Below are positions 9,721-19,572 of a stretch of DNA of 64,000 nt, in pieces (position 1 is the first letter of the stretch; each line of letters begins with the position of its first letter). Source of the stretch: Fidelibacterota bacterium. GTDB taxonomy: Bacteria; Fidelibacterota; Marinisomatia; Marinisomatales; Marinisomataceae. Position numbers and translations under genes: made by a program. The notes below the pieces were generated by a model, which had not been told where the DNA came from, did not search any database, and saw only the letters and a list, made by a program, of their open reading frames with translations. The stretch is taken from NCBI GenBank assembly GCA_965212055.1, contig OZ243041.1:905551-969550 (forward strand), given 5' to 3'.

Positions 9721-10612
9721 TCTTTTTTCCCCATTTAGCAATAATTATTTTAATAATTTGCGCTCCAGACGGATAAATCCTTCCTAAATACCATTTTTTT
9801 AGAGGTTTTCTCTCATTTTTAATAATTAATGGTAATTTAAATATTCCTTCAATCATTCCTAAAAAATAATAGTGTAATGATAATGTTTTCAAAGAAAAAA
9901 TAAAATTAATTGTAAAATGAAAAATTACTTCTCTTATTGCTGGTAATAATGGATAATGTTTACATATTAACCATAAAACATTCCTAGTATTATAGTAATA
10001 AAACTTAGAAGACAATCTTGTTGTTGGCGATTCTTTGTGATATGCAACAATATCGCTAAAATGTTGAATTTTATATCCATAGTCCAATGCTCTTATACAA
10101 ACATCTTCTTCGCTAGCATAGATAAAATAATTTTTCGGTCTTAAACCAACATTGTCAAATAATTCTTTTTTTAAACCAACAGCACATCCAGTAAACCTAT
10201 TATGTTTGGGCCAGTTTTTGGGTTCATTTTGAATTTTTTTTGAGAAAAAATTGAAAATACGAGGATCCACAATCCCAAGAGATGGGTCATTATTAAATTT
10301 ATGAACAATTTTATTAATTCCATTATCTTCAAAAAATGCATCACTATCAAGAAAAACTAAAATAGGGCCAGTAGAATTAACAATACCTACATTAAATCCT
10401 TCTTCACATCCCACATTTGACGGTAAACATATTAATTTATAATTTGGATATAGTTGTCTTATTTCTTCAACAGTACCATCAGATGATCCATTATCAACTA
10501 TAATAACTTCTAAATTAGAGTAAGTTTGTCTTTGAAGAGATTCCAAAGTTTCCAGGATATCATCTTTTCGATTCCAAGTTACAATTACTACAGATACTAA
10601 TGGGTTATTCAT
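9710..10612 (-). CDS. GT2 glycosyltransferase
   Basis: VSVVIVTWN, VDNGSSDGT, FLDSD, EEDVCIR. Confidence 0.9.
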   Translation of the reverse strand: MNNPLVSVVIVTWNRKDDILETLESLQRQTYSNLEVIIVDNGSSDGTVEEIRQLYPNYKLICLPSNVGCEEGFNVGIVNSTGPILVFLDSDAFFEDNGINKIVHKFNNDPSLGIVDPRIFNFFSKKIQNEPKNWPKHNRFTGCAVGLKKELFDNVGLRPKNYFIYASEEDVCIRALDYGYKIQHFSDIVAYHKESPTTRLSSKFYYYNTRNVLWLICKHYPLLPAIREVIFHFTINFIFSLKTLSLHYYFLGMIEGIFKLPLIIKNERKPLKKWYLGRIYPSGAQIIKIIIAKWGKKNEK

Positions 10613-10638
10613 TATAAAATTTTCAAATATATTAACAT

Positions 10639-11784
10639 TTATAAATCATAAAAAATAGAATTTCCTCTTTCTTTCCAAATTTTACAATTAGGATCATTGT
10701 CAATGCAAAATTGTCTTGCTAACTCCCATGAATAATTATTGTTTCCATTGTTATTAAACTGATTTAGTTCATTATTAATCGTTTTTAATAATTTTTCATC
10801 AATATTATTCTCAGATTTTGCTAATAAAACTAATAATTCAATAACTGTTAAATTTATTCTATCTTTATATATTTTTTTGTTCATCAACCATCCAAAAATT
10901 TTTCGAACAATATTTTCATAATCATTTCTATAATCTTTTATAATAGTATCCCAATCATTGTATTGTTTATTATAATATTGAGATAAAAATAACATTAAGA
11001 CCTTCATATGCTCTTGCTTGTTTAAATACCATAAAGAATATAAATCTTCCTTAATATCTAGGAATGGAGAAACTTTAAATTGAGTAGCTTTCTGCACTAA
11101 TTCACACCATACTTTATTATTGAAAGTTTGTTTAAAAAAAATTTCTCTTTCAATATAACTGCTATGATACTTGCCATGTAATATTAGCAATGCTGATGAC
11201 CATCCTAAAATTGATTTAGATATTTGCTGATAAATCCAAAATTTTTCATTATCTGTTATTTGAGAATCTTTCTCACCAGGATATGCTTGAAGAATAGATA
11301 TAAGATAAAGCAAAAGAGGAGTTCTGCCTTCACGCAAACTTAATTTACTTGAATCAATAAATGGAATAGATTCTAATATCTTTTTATTGCCATAGAATAC
11401 ATATGATGCATATTTCAAATCATAGTTGGCCATAGTAGGTTTTAAATATTTTAGTTTTTTTGCTTGAATTAATTCTATATCAACTTGTCTTATCTGTATT
11501 CTTTTTAAAATTGAATTTCTTAAATCTTCTAGATCAGCGATTTCAGAATTGTCTTTTGTGATAATATATATATCATAATCATTAATGGGTTGAATATCAT
11601 TATCTACAATTAAAACACTTCCTTCTCCACGCCCAAATCCTCCAGCTAAAACAATAGATTCAATATTGGTAAATTCATTTAAGATAATCTGAGTAATTAA
11701 ATCCAAATCAGAAGAAATTCTATGATATATATCTTGACTATCATGAATTGTAAATTTTGTACTATTATTGATTCTTTTATTCAT
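10639..11784 (-). CDS. Pol-beta-fold nucleotidyltransferase with helical C-terminal domain
   Basis: SIVLAGGFGRGEG...NDYDIYII...VDI fits the hG[GS]..DxD..D signature. Confidence 0.7.
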   Translation of the reverse strand: MNKRINNSTKFTIHDSQDIYHRISSDLDLITQIILNEFTNIESIVLAGGFGRGEGSVLIVDNDIQPINDYDIYIITKDNSEIADLEDLRNSILKRIQIRQVDIELIQAKKLKYLKPTMANYDLKYASYVFYGNKKILESIPFIDSSKLSLREGRTPLLLYLISILQAYPGEKDSQITDNEKFWIYQQISKSILGWSSALLILHGKYHSSYIEREIFFKQTFNNKVWCELVQKATQFKVSPFLDIKEDLYSLWYLNKQEHMKVLMLFLSQYYNKQYNDWDTIIKDYRNDYENIVRKIFGWLMNKKIYKDRINLTVIELLVLLAKSENNIDEKLLKTINNELNQFNNNGNNNYSWELARQFCIDNDPNCKIWKERGNSIFYDL

Positions 11785-11792
11785 ATAAGTAT

Positions 11793-12662
11793 TTAATTGT
11801 TTGATTGAAAAATACTTTTTATCCCATACTCTGTTGAATATTTATTTTTCTTTAAATTAAGTTTTTTCATCGTATAAGTATTATCAATGATCAGACTACC
11901 AAATAAACGTTGGTGAAATGATGGTTTTATAATCTTAAGTAATTTTTCAAAAAATATGATATTCACTAGTAAAACTTTTTTATTTAAACATTTTGCAATC
12001 AATTGAATAAGTTGTGTTGTAGAAAGAGCTTCATCATCAACAGCTAAAAATATTCCTTTTTGTTTTAAAGAAATTATTTGATCTAAAATAAAACAAACAT
12101 TCCCTACAAAAACCATACTTCGTTTATTTTTAACATTTTTAAACGGTAAAATTGGAATTTTTTTAATCAGACTAACTAAGTTCATAAAATTAGCTTTAAC
12201 TCCAAAACCATATATTAAAGGATTTCTGAGTATTGCAACTTGGAAATCTTTAGTCTCAATATTCCTTAAAAAATCTTCAGCCTTCAATTTACTAATTGAG
12301 TAATAATCAATGGGATTAGTACTGCTATTTTCGTAGTAACATATATCAGATTCTTCACCATAAACTTTTATGGTACTTAAAAAGATAAAATGCTTAACCC
12401 CGCTTTTCTTTGCTTTTTTAGCTAATTGAAGAGTTTGGTTTACATTAATTTCTTGATATTGCTCCCATGATGCACCTTTCATCTGATGTACTAATGCGGA
12501 ACAGTGAATAACTACATCAACATTACTTAAATCGAGATTTATAAAATTGTTATTGAGAAATGAAAATGTATCTATAGTATACGATGAATTATATTTTTTA
12601 AGAAAATAACTACCAACAAACCCATTAGATCCTGTTAATAAAATTCGTTTCATTGACATCAT
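11793..12662 (-). CDS. NAD-dependent epimerase/reductase (WbpV-like)
   Basis: TGSNGFVG, STIKVYGE, YSISK, PLIYG, NKRSMV. Confidence 0.8.
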   Translation of the reverse strand: MMSMKRILLTGSNGFVGSYFLKKYNSSYTIDTFSFLNNNFINLDLSNVDVVIHCSALVHQMKGASWEQYQEINVNQTLQLAKKAKKSGVKHFIFLSTIKVYGEESDICYYENSSTNPIDYYSISKLKAEDFLRNIETKDFQVAILRNPLIYGFGVKANFMNLVSLIKKIPILPFKNVKNKRSMVFVGNVCFILDQIISLKQKGIFLAVDDEALSTTQLIQLIAKCLNKKVLLVNIIFFEKLLKIIKPSFHQRLFGSLIIDNTYTMKKLNLKKNKYSTEYGIKSIFQSNN

Positions 12663-12732
12663 AAGTTTACTATTTTATTTGTGTAAGTTATAGAATAATA
12701 AAAACTACAATTAGAAATAATAAGGAAAAAAA

Positions 12733-13578
12733 TTGAAAATAGGCATTCTTGGACAAGGGTATGTTGGAAGTGCAATTAAAATCGGATTTGAAAAGCACTA
12801 TAAAGATATTAATACATTTGATAAGTATAGTAAGTCTAAGAGCACTGTTTCTAATCTAGAAGAACTAACAAAGTCTTCAGAAATTATATTTGTTTGTCTT
12901 CCTACACCAATGAAAGAAAATGGTGAATGTGATATTGGAATTGTTAAAAAAGAAATTGAAAAAATAAATAAATATTCTACCCACAAAAAAATTGTTGTTA
13001 TTAAATCAACTGTACCTCCTGACACCACAAAAAAAATCAACAACAGCAACAAGAATATAGATGTTATTTTTAATCCAGAATTTTTAACTGAACGAAATTT
13101 TATTGAGGATTTCAAAAAACAAAATCGAATTGTATTAGGTGGTAATCAAAAACCAGTTGATATTTTACAACAGGTCTATGGCAAAGTTTTTCCTAATATA
13201 ACAATTGTTAAAACTGATTCAACGACAGCTGAAATGATTAAATATTTTACAAACACATTTCTAGCTACTAAAGTATCTTTTTCGAATGAAATGAAAATAA
13301 TTTGTGATGAGATTGATGTTGACTATGATAAAGTAGTTGAATATTCCTTGTATGATCAAAGAATAGGAAAATCACACTTAGGGGTTCCTGGCCCTGATGG
13401 GAAGCTTGGGTTTGGAGGAAGCTGTTTTCCAAAAGATATTAATGCATTAATATATTTTGCTAAACAAAAAGGAATAGATTTAGATGTATTAAAAAGTGTT
13501 TGGGAAACAAATTTAAAAGTTAGGCCTGAAAAAGACTGGGAAAAATTAAAAGGCAGAGCAGTTATTAAAAAAGACTAA
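12733..13578 (+). CDS. UDP-glucose/GDP-mannose dehydrogenase family, short form lacking the C-terminal domain
   Basis: GQGYVG, CLPTP, KSTVPP, NPEFL, ATKVSFSNE, GFGGSCFPKD; only 281 aa. Confidence 0.85.
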   Translation: MKIGILGQGYVGSAIKIGFEKHYKDINTFDKYSKSKSTVSNLEELTKSSEIIFVCLPTPMKENGECDIGIVKKEIEKINKYSTHKKIVVIKSTVPPDTTKKINNSNKNIDVIFNPEFLTERNFIEDFKKQNRIVLGGNQKPVDILQQVYGKVFPNITIVKTDSTTAEMIKYFTNTFLATKVSFSNEMKIICDEIDVDYDKVVEYSLYDQRIGKSHLGVPGPDGKLGFGGSCFPKDINALIYFAKQKGIDLDVLKSVWETNLKVRPEKDWEKLKGRAVIKKD

Positions 13579-14600
13579 AGAGAAAGCCATCTGTCGTTTT
13601 TTAATGTCCAATCAATGGTAGATTCTAATCTATCAAATGCAGATTGAGGCTCCCAACCCATCTTTTTCATTTTAGAACCATCCAATGCATATCTTAAATC
13701 ATGTCCTGGTCTTTGAGAATGGAAGTCTACCATTTCGTAGATAAGTTTTTTTGATTGAGTATCTGCTATAAATTGTGCTAACTGGAGATTATCAATCTCA
13801 TTTTTACCAACAATATTAAATTTTTGACATTTAGCGCCTGTATCATCAGGCTCTATAGTCGTAATATCGTAATTATATAAAAATAATAATGCTTCGGCTA
13901 CATCTTCTGCGTGAATATAATGTCTAGATCCTGCAACAGTCTTGTCTTTGTTTGCATGTACAGTAACTTTTCCACCGTCTCTTACTTTTTTAATTACCAT
14001 CGGAATATATTTCTCAGGATTTTGTCTTTCTCCAAATACATTCATTGTATGTGTTATGATACATGGGAGTTGATAAGTATTCTCAAAAGCAACTACCAGT
14101 TCTTCTGCCCCAGCTTTGGTAGCTGAATATGGATTAGTAGAATTATATCTATCATTTTCTTTGTAATTAATACCTTTAGGCGCTGGTCCAAAGACCTCAT
14201 CAGTGCTAAAATATGCAAATCTTTCTAAACCATCTAATTTTCTCGCATAATCCAAAATATGCGCTGTCCCAACTATATTATCCATTACAAACTCTAATGG
14301 ATAAGAAATTGATCTATCGACGTGTGAACCTGCAGCAAGATGGCTAATATAATCTACTTTTCCAATGGTAGCAGTAATTTCAGGGTTCAGTTCAGCTTTT
14401 AAATCATGATGAATCACTCTAACTCTTTTTCTTTCAGGTTTAGGATAGGAAGACACTACTTCATTTAATCTGTTAAGATTCCCACTAAAATCTAATCTAT
14501 CCAGTGTAACAACTTCCCAATCTGTAGTAGATAAAATTTTATCAATGACATGATGTGCGATAAATCCTGCACCGCCTGTAATTAGTATTTTTTTACTCAT
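13575..14600 (-). CDS. rmlB: dTDP-glucose 4,6-dehydratase
   Basis: TGGAGFI, AAGSHVDRSI, STDEVFG, PYSATK, RPGHDLRY. Confidence 0.85.
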   Translation of the reverse strand: MSKKILITGGAGFIAHHVIDKILSTTDWEVVTLDRLDFSGNLNRLNEVVSSYPKPERKRVRVIHHDLKAELNPEITATIGKVDYISHLAAGSHVDRSISYPLEFVMDNIVGTAHILDYARKLDGLERFAYFSTDEVFGPAPKGINYKENDRYNSTNPYSATKAGAEELVVAFENTYQLPCIITHTMNVFGERQNPEKYIPMVIKKVRDGGKVTVHANKDKTVAGSRHYIHAEDVAEALLFLYNYDITTIEPDDTGAKCQKFNIVGKNEIDNLQLAQFIADTQSKKLIYEMVDFHSQRPGHDLRYALDGSKMKKMGWEPQSAFDRLESTIDWTLKNDRWLSL

Positions 14601-14603
14601 CTG

Positions 14604-15515
14604 TTAATTTAATCCTATTTTAGATTTATAGTTTATTATCCAATCTTCTAATTTTACTAAAGGTTCCCAATCTAATAATTTTTTTGCTTTATAAACATCA
14701 GCTAAATTTGCAAATGGTTCATTAACAGGCTTCTCATAAATTGTATTGTCCCCTATTAACTGTGCAATATCATTAATTGAAATATTTTTTCCGCTTCCGA
14801 TGTTAATAACTTCTCCGTAACCAACCTTATTTGATTGCGCTGCTAAAATATTTGCTCTTACTACATCTCCTACATAAATAAAGTCTCTTTTTTGGTTGCC
14901 ATCACCATTTATAGTCATTGGAACATCATCTAAACATTGTTTTATAAATATTCCAATAACAGCGGCATATGCTCCCTCTAAATTTTGCCTTTCTCCATAG
15001 ATATTAAAGTACCTCAATGATACAGTTTCTATTTTATAAGCTTGAAAAAACATTTTGCAACATATTTCACCATAATATTTTTGACTGGCATATGGAGATA
15101 TAGGATTGGGTAAATCATTTTCAGAGGATGGTAATTTTTCTGTTGGCCCATAAACAGATGAAGATGCACTATAAATAAATCTTCGAACTTTTGTAGCGCT
15201 TGCGCTTTTAAGCATGTTTATTGTCCCAATCGTATTATTTATTTCGTACTTAATTGGATTATCAATAGATGACTGCACTCCAACTAATGCTGCACAATGA
15301 AATACACAATCTGTGTTTTGCATAATTGTCATAAAAATATCCATATTATCAATATTGGAAATATCATAATGATGATAAAATGCTTTTGGGTTACAATTTT
15401 CTTTTTTCCCGGTAGAAAAATTATCTAATACATGAACTTCATGTCCGTCATCAACTAAACAATCAACAAGATTACTACCAATAAATCCTGCCCCTCCTGT
15501 CACAACATATTTCAT
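14604..15515 (-). CDS. NAD-dependent NDP-sugar epimerase (WbpP/GalE-like)
   Basis: TGGAGFIGS, SASSSVYG, SPYASQK, LRYFNIYG, RDFIYV. Confidence 0.85.
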   Translation of the reverse strand: MKYVVTGGAGFIGSNLVDCLVDDGHEVHVLDNFSTGKKENCNPKAFYHHYDISNIDNMDIFMTIMQNTDCVFHCAALVGVQSSIDNPIKYEINNTIGTINMLKSASATKVRRFIYSASSSVYGPTEKLPSSENDLPNPISPYASQKYYGEICCKMFFQAYKIETVSLRYFNIYGERQNLEGAYAAVIGIFIKQCLDDVPMTINGDGNQKRDFIYVGDVVRANILAAQSNKVGYGEVINIGSGKNISINDIAQLIGDNTIYEKPVNEPFANLADVYKAKKLLDWEPLVKLEDWIINYKSKIGLN

Positions 15516-15518
15516 AAT

Positions 15519-16622
15519 TTATTGTATCTGATTAATTATTAATTCAACATCATCTTCAGATAGATAAGGATGCATTGGTAAGCTCAAAATTCTTTTTGAT
15601 AAATCTTCTGAAGTTGGGAAATCCCCTTTTTGGTATCTTAAATAAGAAAATGCTTTCATTAAATGAATAGGACATTTGTAATAAATTGCCGTTGGAATAT
15701 CGTTTTGCTCTAATTTTTGTATTGTTTGGTTTCTTTGTTGATCTGATTCTAACAAAATAGAAAATAATGCATGAGATGATACATAATCTTTAGGAATAGA
15801 TTGGCAATTTTTTAGATTTTTTCTGTATTGAATACTTATTTTCTCTCTTAAATCTAATTCTTCATCAAAAATAGTTAATTTCTCTAGCAATACAGCGGCT
15901 TGTAGGCTATCTAAACGTCCATTCAAACCAATCAATTCACTATGATATCTATCAGATGTAGTACCATGAATACGAATTGCTTTACATTTATTCGCTAGAT
16001 AATCATCATTCGTAAAAATTGCACCTCCATCACCATAACATCCTAATGGTTTTGCTGGATAAAAAGAAGTAGCAGCCGCATCTCCAAAAGTACCTACTTT
16101 TTTATCTCTGATTGCCCCTCCAAAACTTTGTGCCGCATCCTCAAGGACTTTTAAATCATATTTTTTTGCAATTTCTTCAATAAGACGGTAGCGAGCAGGC
16201 AATCCAAACAAATCAACAGGTATAATTGCTTTTGGAGTTAATTTTCCTTCTGCAATGGTATGTTGAATGGCTAATTCTAATTTTTCACAATCTATATTAA
16301 AGGTTGACTCGTAGACATCAACAAAAATAGGGGTTGCTCCTAATAACGAAATGACTTCAGCGGTTGCAACATAAGTAAATGGAGTCGTAAATACCGCATC
16401 TCCAGGACCTATATTCCATGCCATTAAAGGAATGAGCAATGCATCGGTACCTGATGAACATGAAATGGCATGTTTTACCCCACAATACTCTGCTAATTTC
16501 TCCTCTAATTCAGTAACTTCTGGCCCCATAATATAGGCACCATGCTCTAAAATACGATCAAAACGTACGTTGAGGCCTTTACGAATGCGATTTTGTTGTG
16601 TTTTTAGATCAATAAAGTCCAT
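15519..16622 (-). CDS. DegT/DnrJ/EryC1 aminotransferase (WbpE/GnnB-like)
   Basis: FIDLKTQ, SSGTDAL, EDAAQSFG, SFYPAKPLGCYGDGG, NGRLDSLQAA. Confidence 0.9.
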   Translation of the reverse strand: MDFIDLKTQQNRIRKGLNVRFDRILEHGAYIMGPEVTELEEKLAEYCGVKHAISCSSGTDALLIPLMAWNIGPGDAVFTTPFTYVATAEVISLLGATPIFVDVYESTFNIDCEKLELAIQHTIAEGKLTPKAIIPVDLFGLPARYRLIEEIAKKYDLKVLEDAAQSFGGAIRDKKVGTFGDAAATSFYPAKPLGCYGDGGAIFTNDDYLANKCKAIRIHGTTSDRYHSELIGLNGRLDSLQAAVLLEKLTIFDEELDLREKISIQYRKNLKNCQSIPKDYVSSHALFSILLESDQQRNQTIQKLEQNDIPTAIYYKCPIHLMKAFSYLRYQKGDFPTSEDLSKRILSLPMHPYLSEDDVELIINQIQ

Positions 16623-16754
16623 TTTCTCATGTTAAGATATTCATACCAATTTTAAAAAGGATAATTTATTAGAAAATTTATAGGATAAGCATAGTTTTTT
16701 TATAGAGATACAATTAATGTTTGCAATCCTCAAATAATTGCGTCAAATTATCAC

Positions 16755-16776
16755 AAAGCACTTACTCGTGCTTTTG
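16755..16776 (+). promoter_or_regulatory. hairpin in the receptor 5' leader
   Basis: AAAGCAC-TTACTC-GTGCTTT, a 7-bp inverted repeat ending about 45 nt before the ATG. Confidence 0.35.
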
Positions 16777-16819
16777 AATATATTAATATATGAAAGTAAC
16801 CAAGAAAAAGGAGTTAACT

Positions 16820-19513
16820 ATGAATCGTACGATTCTTGGCGCGCTACTTGGAATCATTATGATTTCTGGCGCAGTTCTTGGGCAGGGTACAGTATCTGGA
16901 ACCGTTACGGACGCAGATGGAAATGCCTTACCGGGAGCCAATGTTGTTGTCGACGGAACTTCTTCGGGTGCTGCTGCCACATTAAGTGGAGCATACTCAA
17001 TAGATCTTCCTAATGGCACCTACACAGTAACTGCTAGCGTAGTAGGACATAACAAATCGTCTGCTACAGTGAAAATACAGAATTCCAACGAATCTGCTAA
17101 TTTCACATTGTCATCTTCATCCGTTGCGTTGGGCGGTGTTGATGTACTAGCAAATCGTGTAGACAATACTGATGCTATCTCATACGACGACTATACCAAA
17201 GCTGATATTGATTTCAGATTAGGTGGTCGTGGATTGCCGAAAGCATTGTCAACCCTCCCTAGTGTTTTTGTCGAAAACGGTGGTGGTTGGGATGATGAAA
17301 ATGTATACGTTCGTGGATTTGACGATCGTTATACAGCTTATTTAATTAATGGTGTTCCAATGAACGATATGGAAAATGGAAACCTATACTTCTCAAATTG
17401 GACTGTACTTGCTGATGTTGCATCAGTAGTACAAATACAAAGAGGAGCTGGGGCTGTTAATTTAGCTGTACCTAGTTTAGGTGGAACTGTGAACTTTATT
17501 AGTGCAGCTCCTACAACTGAAGCTGGCGTACAAATAAAGCAAGAAGTCGGTGAATACGACTTCAGTAAGACTGCAGTAACAGTAAATTCTGGATTAATAA
17601 TGGACGATAAAATGACGGTTGTCATGGCAGCTTCACGTAGAACTGCAGATCGTTTCTTTGCAACAGGAACTTATTCTGATGCATGGTCTTACTATTTTAA
17701 TACATCTTATTCTATTAACGATAATAATCGTATAGAAATGGTTGCACTTGGATCTCCACAATTACATGGTCATAATTTTTGGAATAATCGTGTTTCAAAT
17801 TATAGTCATGAATTAGCTAGAGATATGGGTGTAGCTGATGAAGATTTAAGAACAGAATATGGTGTAGATTGGAATCCTAGAGCTGATGAGCTAGACACTC
17901 CATACCACGGCAAACGTGCACTCGCTAGTTGGGTACCATTTGACGGTTGGAATTGGAGAGAAGCTGATCCGCATTCTTCAACGATGATTAATGAAAGAAA
18001 TAATTACTTCCACAAACCAATTGTGCAAGTTAACTCTTACAATCAAGTAAGAGATGATATGCTTCTATCTACTGCGGTTTACTACTCCGGTGGTGAAGGT
18101 GGTGGTTCAGGTTCTGCTGGTTCTATAAAGTGGAAATCTGACGGTTCAGGACGTGATTATGATGCTACAATTTTAAGAAACAGTACAGAAAATTGGGTTG
18201 ATGGCTACGGTTATCAATCAGCTGGTGTCTTAAGAGGAAGTAGAAACAATCAATATACTTATGGTGTAATGTCTAAGTTAGATTGGGATCTTTCTGAATC
18301 AACAAAGCTGACTTTCGGACTTGATGTCAGAACAGCAGAAGTTGAACACTACAGACAAGTCTATGACTTGCTTGGTGGGGATGTATACTACAACAGTTCA
18401 AATGAAAATTGGACAACAGATCAAGAAAAATACAGAACACTTGGTGATAAAATCCAGTATGACAATACCAATACAATTGATTGGCAAGGTGGATATACAC
18501 AAGTAAGCTACAATGATGGTAGTGGAGCTACTGCATTTGGTATGTTTGGTACTACTAGTGCTAGCTATACTGTACAAGATCACTTCCAGTTAGGAGAACC
18601 AACCTTAGAAGCTGATGCTGAAACAGGTTGGCAAATGAAAGTTGGTGGTACTTACCCTGTAAGTGACACATGGCTATTGTATGGTAACTTCAGTACTGCA
18701 AACCTAACCCCTACATTAGATAAATTAGTTGATGATGCAAATTTCATCGTAAACACTGATTTTGAAAATGAAAAGGCTACCTGGTTTGATGTTGGTGCGA
18801 GATTCCAAGCTCCTAATGGTCAATGGGCAGGTAGTTTAAACTACTACTCATCTCAATGGTCTGACAGAGCTCAAAGCGGTGAAGTAGAAGATCTTAGTGG
18901 AAACGAATCATTCTTTAGTATTGTTGGTTTGGAAGAAAATCACTCAGGTTTAGAATATTCTATCGCGTATCAACCAATCCCAGTACTTAGAATTGACGCA
19001 CGTGGTCATGTGAGTGACTGGAGATTTACTGATAATTTGAACTATACATATTATGAAGTAAGCGGTGATCCATCCACTTCCACAAACTTTGACTTGTATG
19101 TTAAAGATGTGATGGTATCTGGAGCACCACAAGAAGCTCATAACTTGATTTTAACAGGATTCTGGAACACAATGAAAGCTTCAATTGAAGTAGAACATTT
19201 TGGAAAGCAGTATCCTAGATGGGGTTATGATGGAGCTATTCAAGACTTAGCATTCTTACTTGGCGAAGGTAATACTTTTGCTGACGATGCTTATGTTACT
19301 GATTTTAGCACTCTATATAATTTGAAATTCCAATACGGAATGAATTTAGGTGGTAAAGATGTAGTACTGAATGCTTCTGTTCATAACGCTGGTGACGAAT
19401 TATATGTCGGTGACTTTGTTGACGCATATGATGGATCAGGTGATGTTGCAAATCTAAGAGTCCGTCTAGGGCAACCTAGATCTTGGGTAATTGGATTTAC
19501 AATTAATTATTAA
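16820..19513 (+). CDS. TonB-dependent outer membrane receptor with N-terminal carboxypeptidase-regulatory-like domain
   Basis: AAGGAG before ATG 16820; signal peptide; VSGTVTD..LPGANVVV; plug motifs YVRGF, INGVPMND, IQRGAG..GGTVN; C-terminal PRSW..INY. Confidence 0.92.
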   Translation: MNRTILGALLGIIMISGAVLGQGTVSGTVTDADGNALPGANVVVDGTSSGAAATLSGAYSIDLPNGTYTVTASVVGHNKSSATVKIQNSNESANFTLSSSSVALGGVDVLANRVDNTDAISYDDYTKADIDFRLGGRGLPKALSTLPSVFVENGGGWDDENVYVRGFDDRYTAYLINGVPMNDMENGNLYFSNWTVLADVASVVQIQRGAGAVNLAVPSLGGTVNFISAAPTTEAGVQIKQEVGEYDFSKTAVTVNSGLIMDDKMTVVMAASRRTADRFFATGTYSDAWSYYFNTSYSINDNNRIEMVALGSPQLHGHNFWNNRVSNYSHELARDMGVADEDLRTEYGVDWNPRADELDTPYHGKRALASWVPFDGWNWREADPHSSTMINERNNYFHKPIVQVNSYNQVRDDMLLSTAVYYSGGEGGGSGSAGSIKWKSDGSGRDYDATILRNSTENWVDGYGYQSAGVLRGSRNNQYTYGVMSKLDWDLSESTKLTFGLDVRTAEVEHYRQVYDLLGGDVYYNSSNENWTTDQEKYRTLGDKIQYDNTNTIDWQGGYTQVSYNDGSGATAFGMFGTTSASYTVQDHFQLGEPTLEADAETGWQMKVGGTYPVSDTWLLYGNFSTANLTPTLDKLVDDANFIVNTDFENEKATWFDVGARFQAPNGQWAGSLNYYSSQWSDRAQSGEVEDLSGNESFFSIVGLEENHSGLEYSIAYQPIPVLRIDARGHVSDWRFTDNLNYTYYEVSGDPSTSTNFDLYVKDVMVSGAPQEAHNLILTGFWNTMKASIEVEHFGKQYPRWGYDGAIQDLAFLLGEGNTFADDAYVTDFSTLYNLKFQYGMNLGGKDVVLNASVHNAGDELYVGDFVDAYDGSGDVANLRVRLGQPRSWVIGFTINY

Positions 19514-19544
19514 TCTGTAGTTTTTAGATTAGTAAAATATAAAG

Positions 19545-19572
19545 AGGCCCTTCAGCAATGGAGGGCTTTTTT
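19545..19572. terminator. bidirectional intrinsic terminator
   Basis: AGGCCCTTCA-GCAA-TGGAGGGCTT stem with a GNRA loop, T run after and A run before, between convergent receptor and dnaG genes. Confidence 0.85.

Noticed and set aside
10639..11784. Nucleotidyltransferase as a CBASS or MNT-HEPN defence system
   Set aside because: No effector, Cap2/Cap3 or HEPN partner is adjacent; the context is purely glycan biosynthesis.
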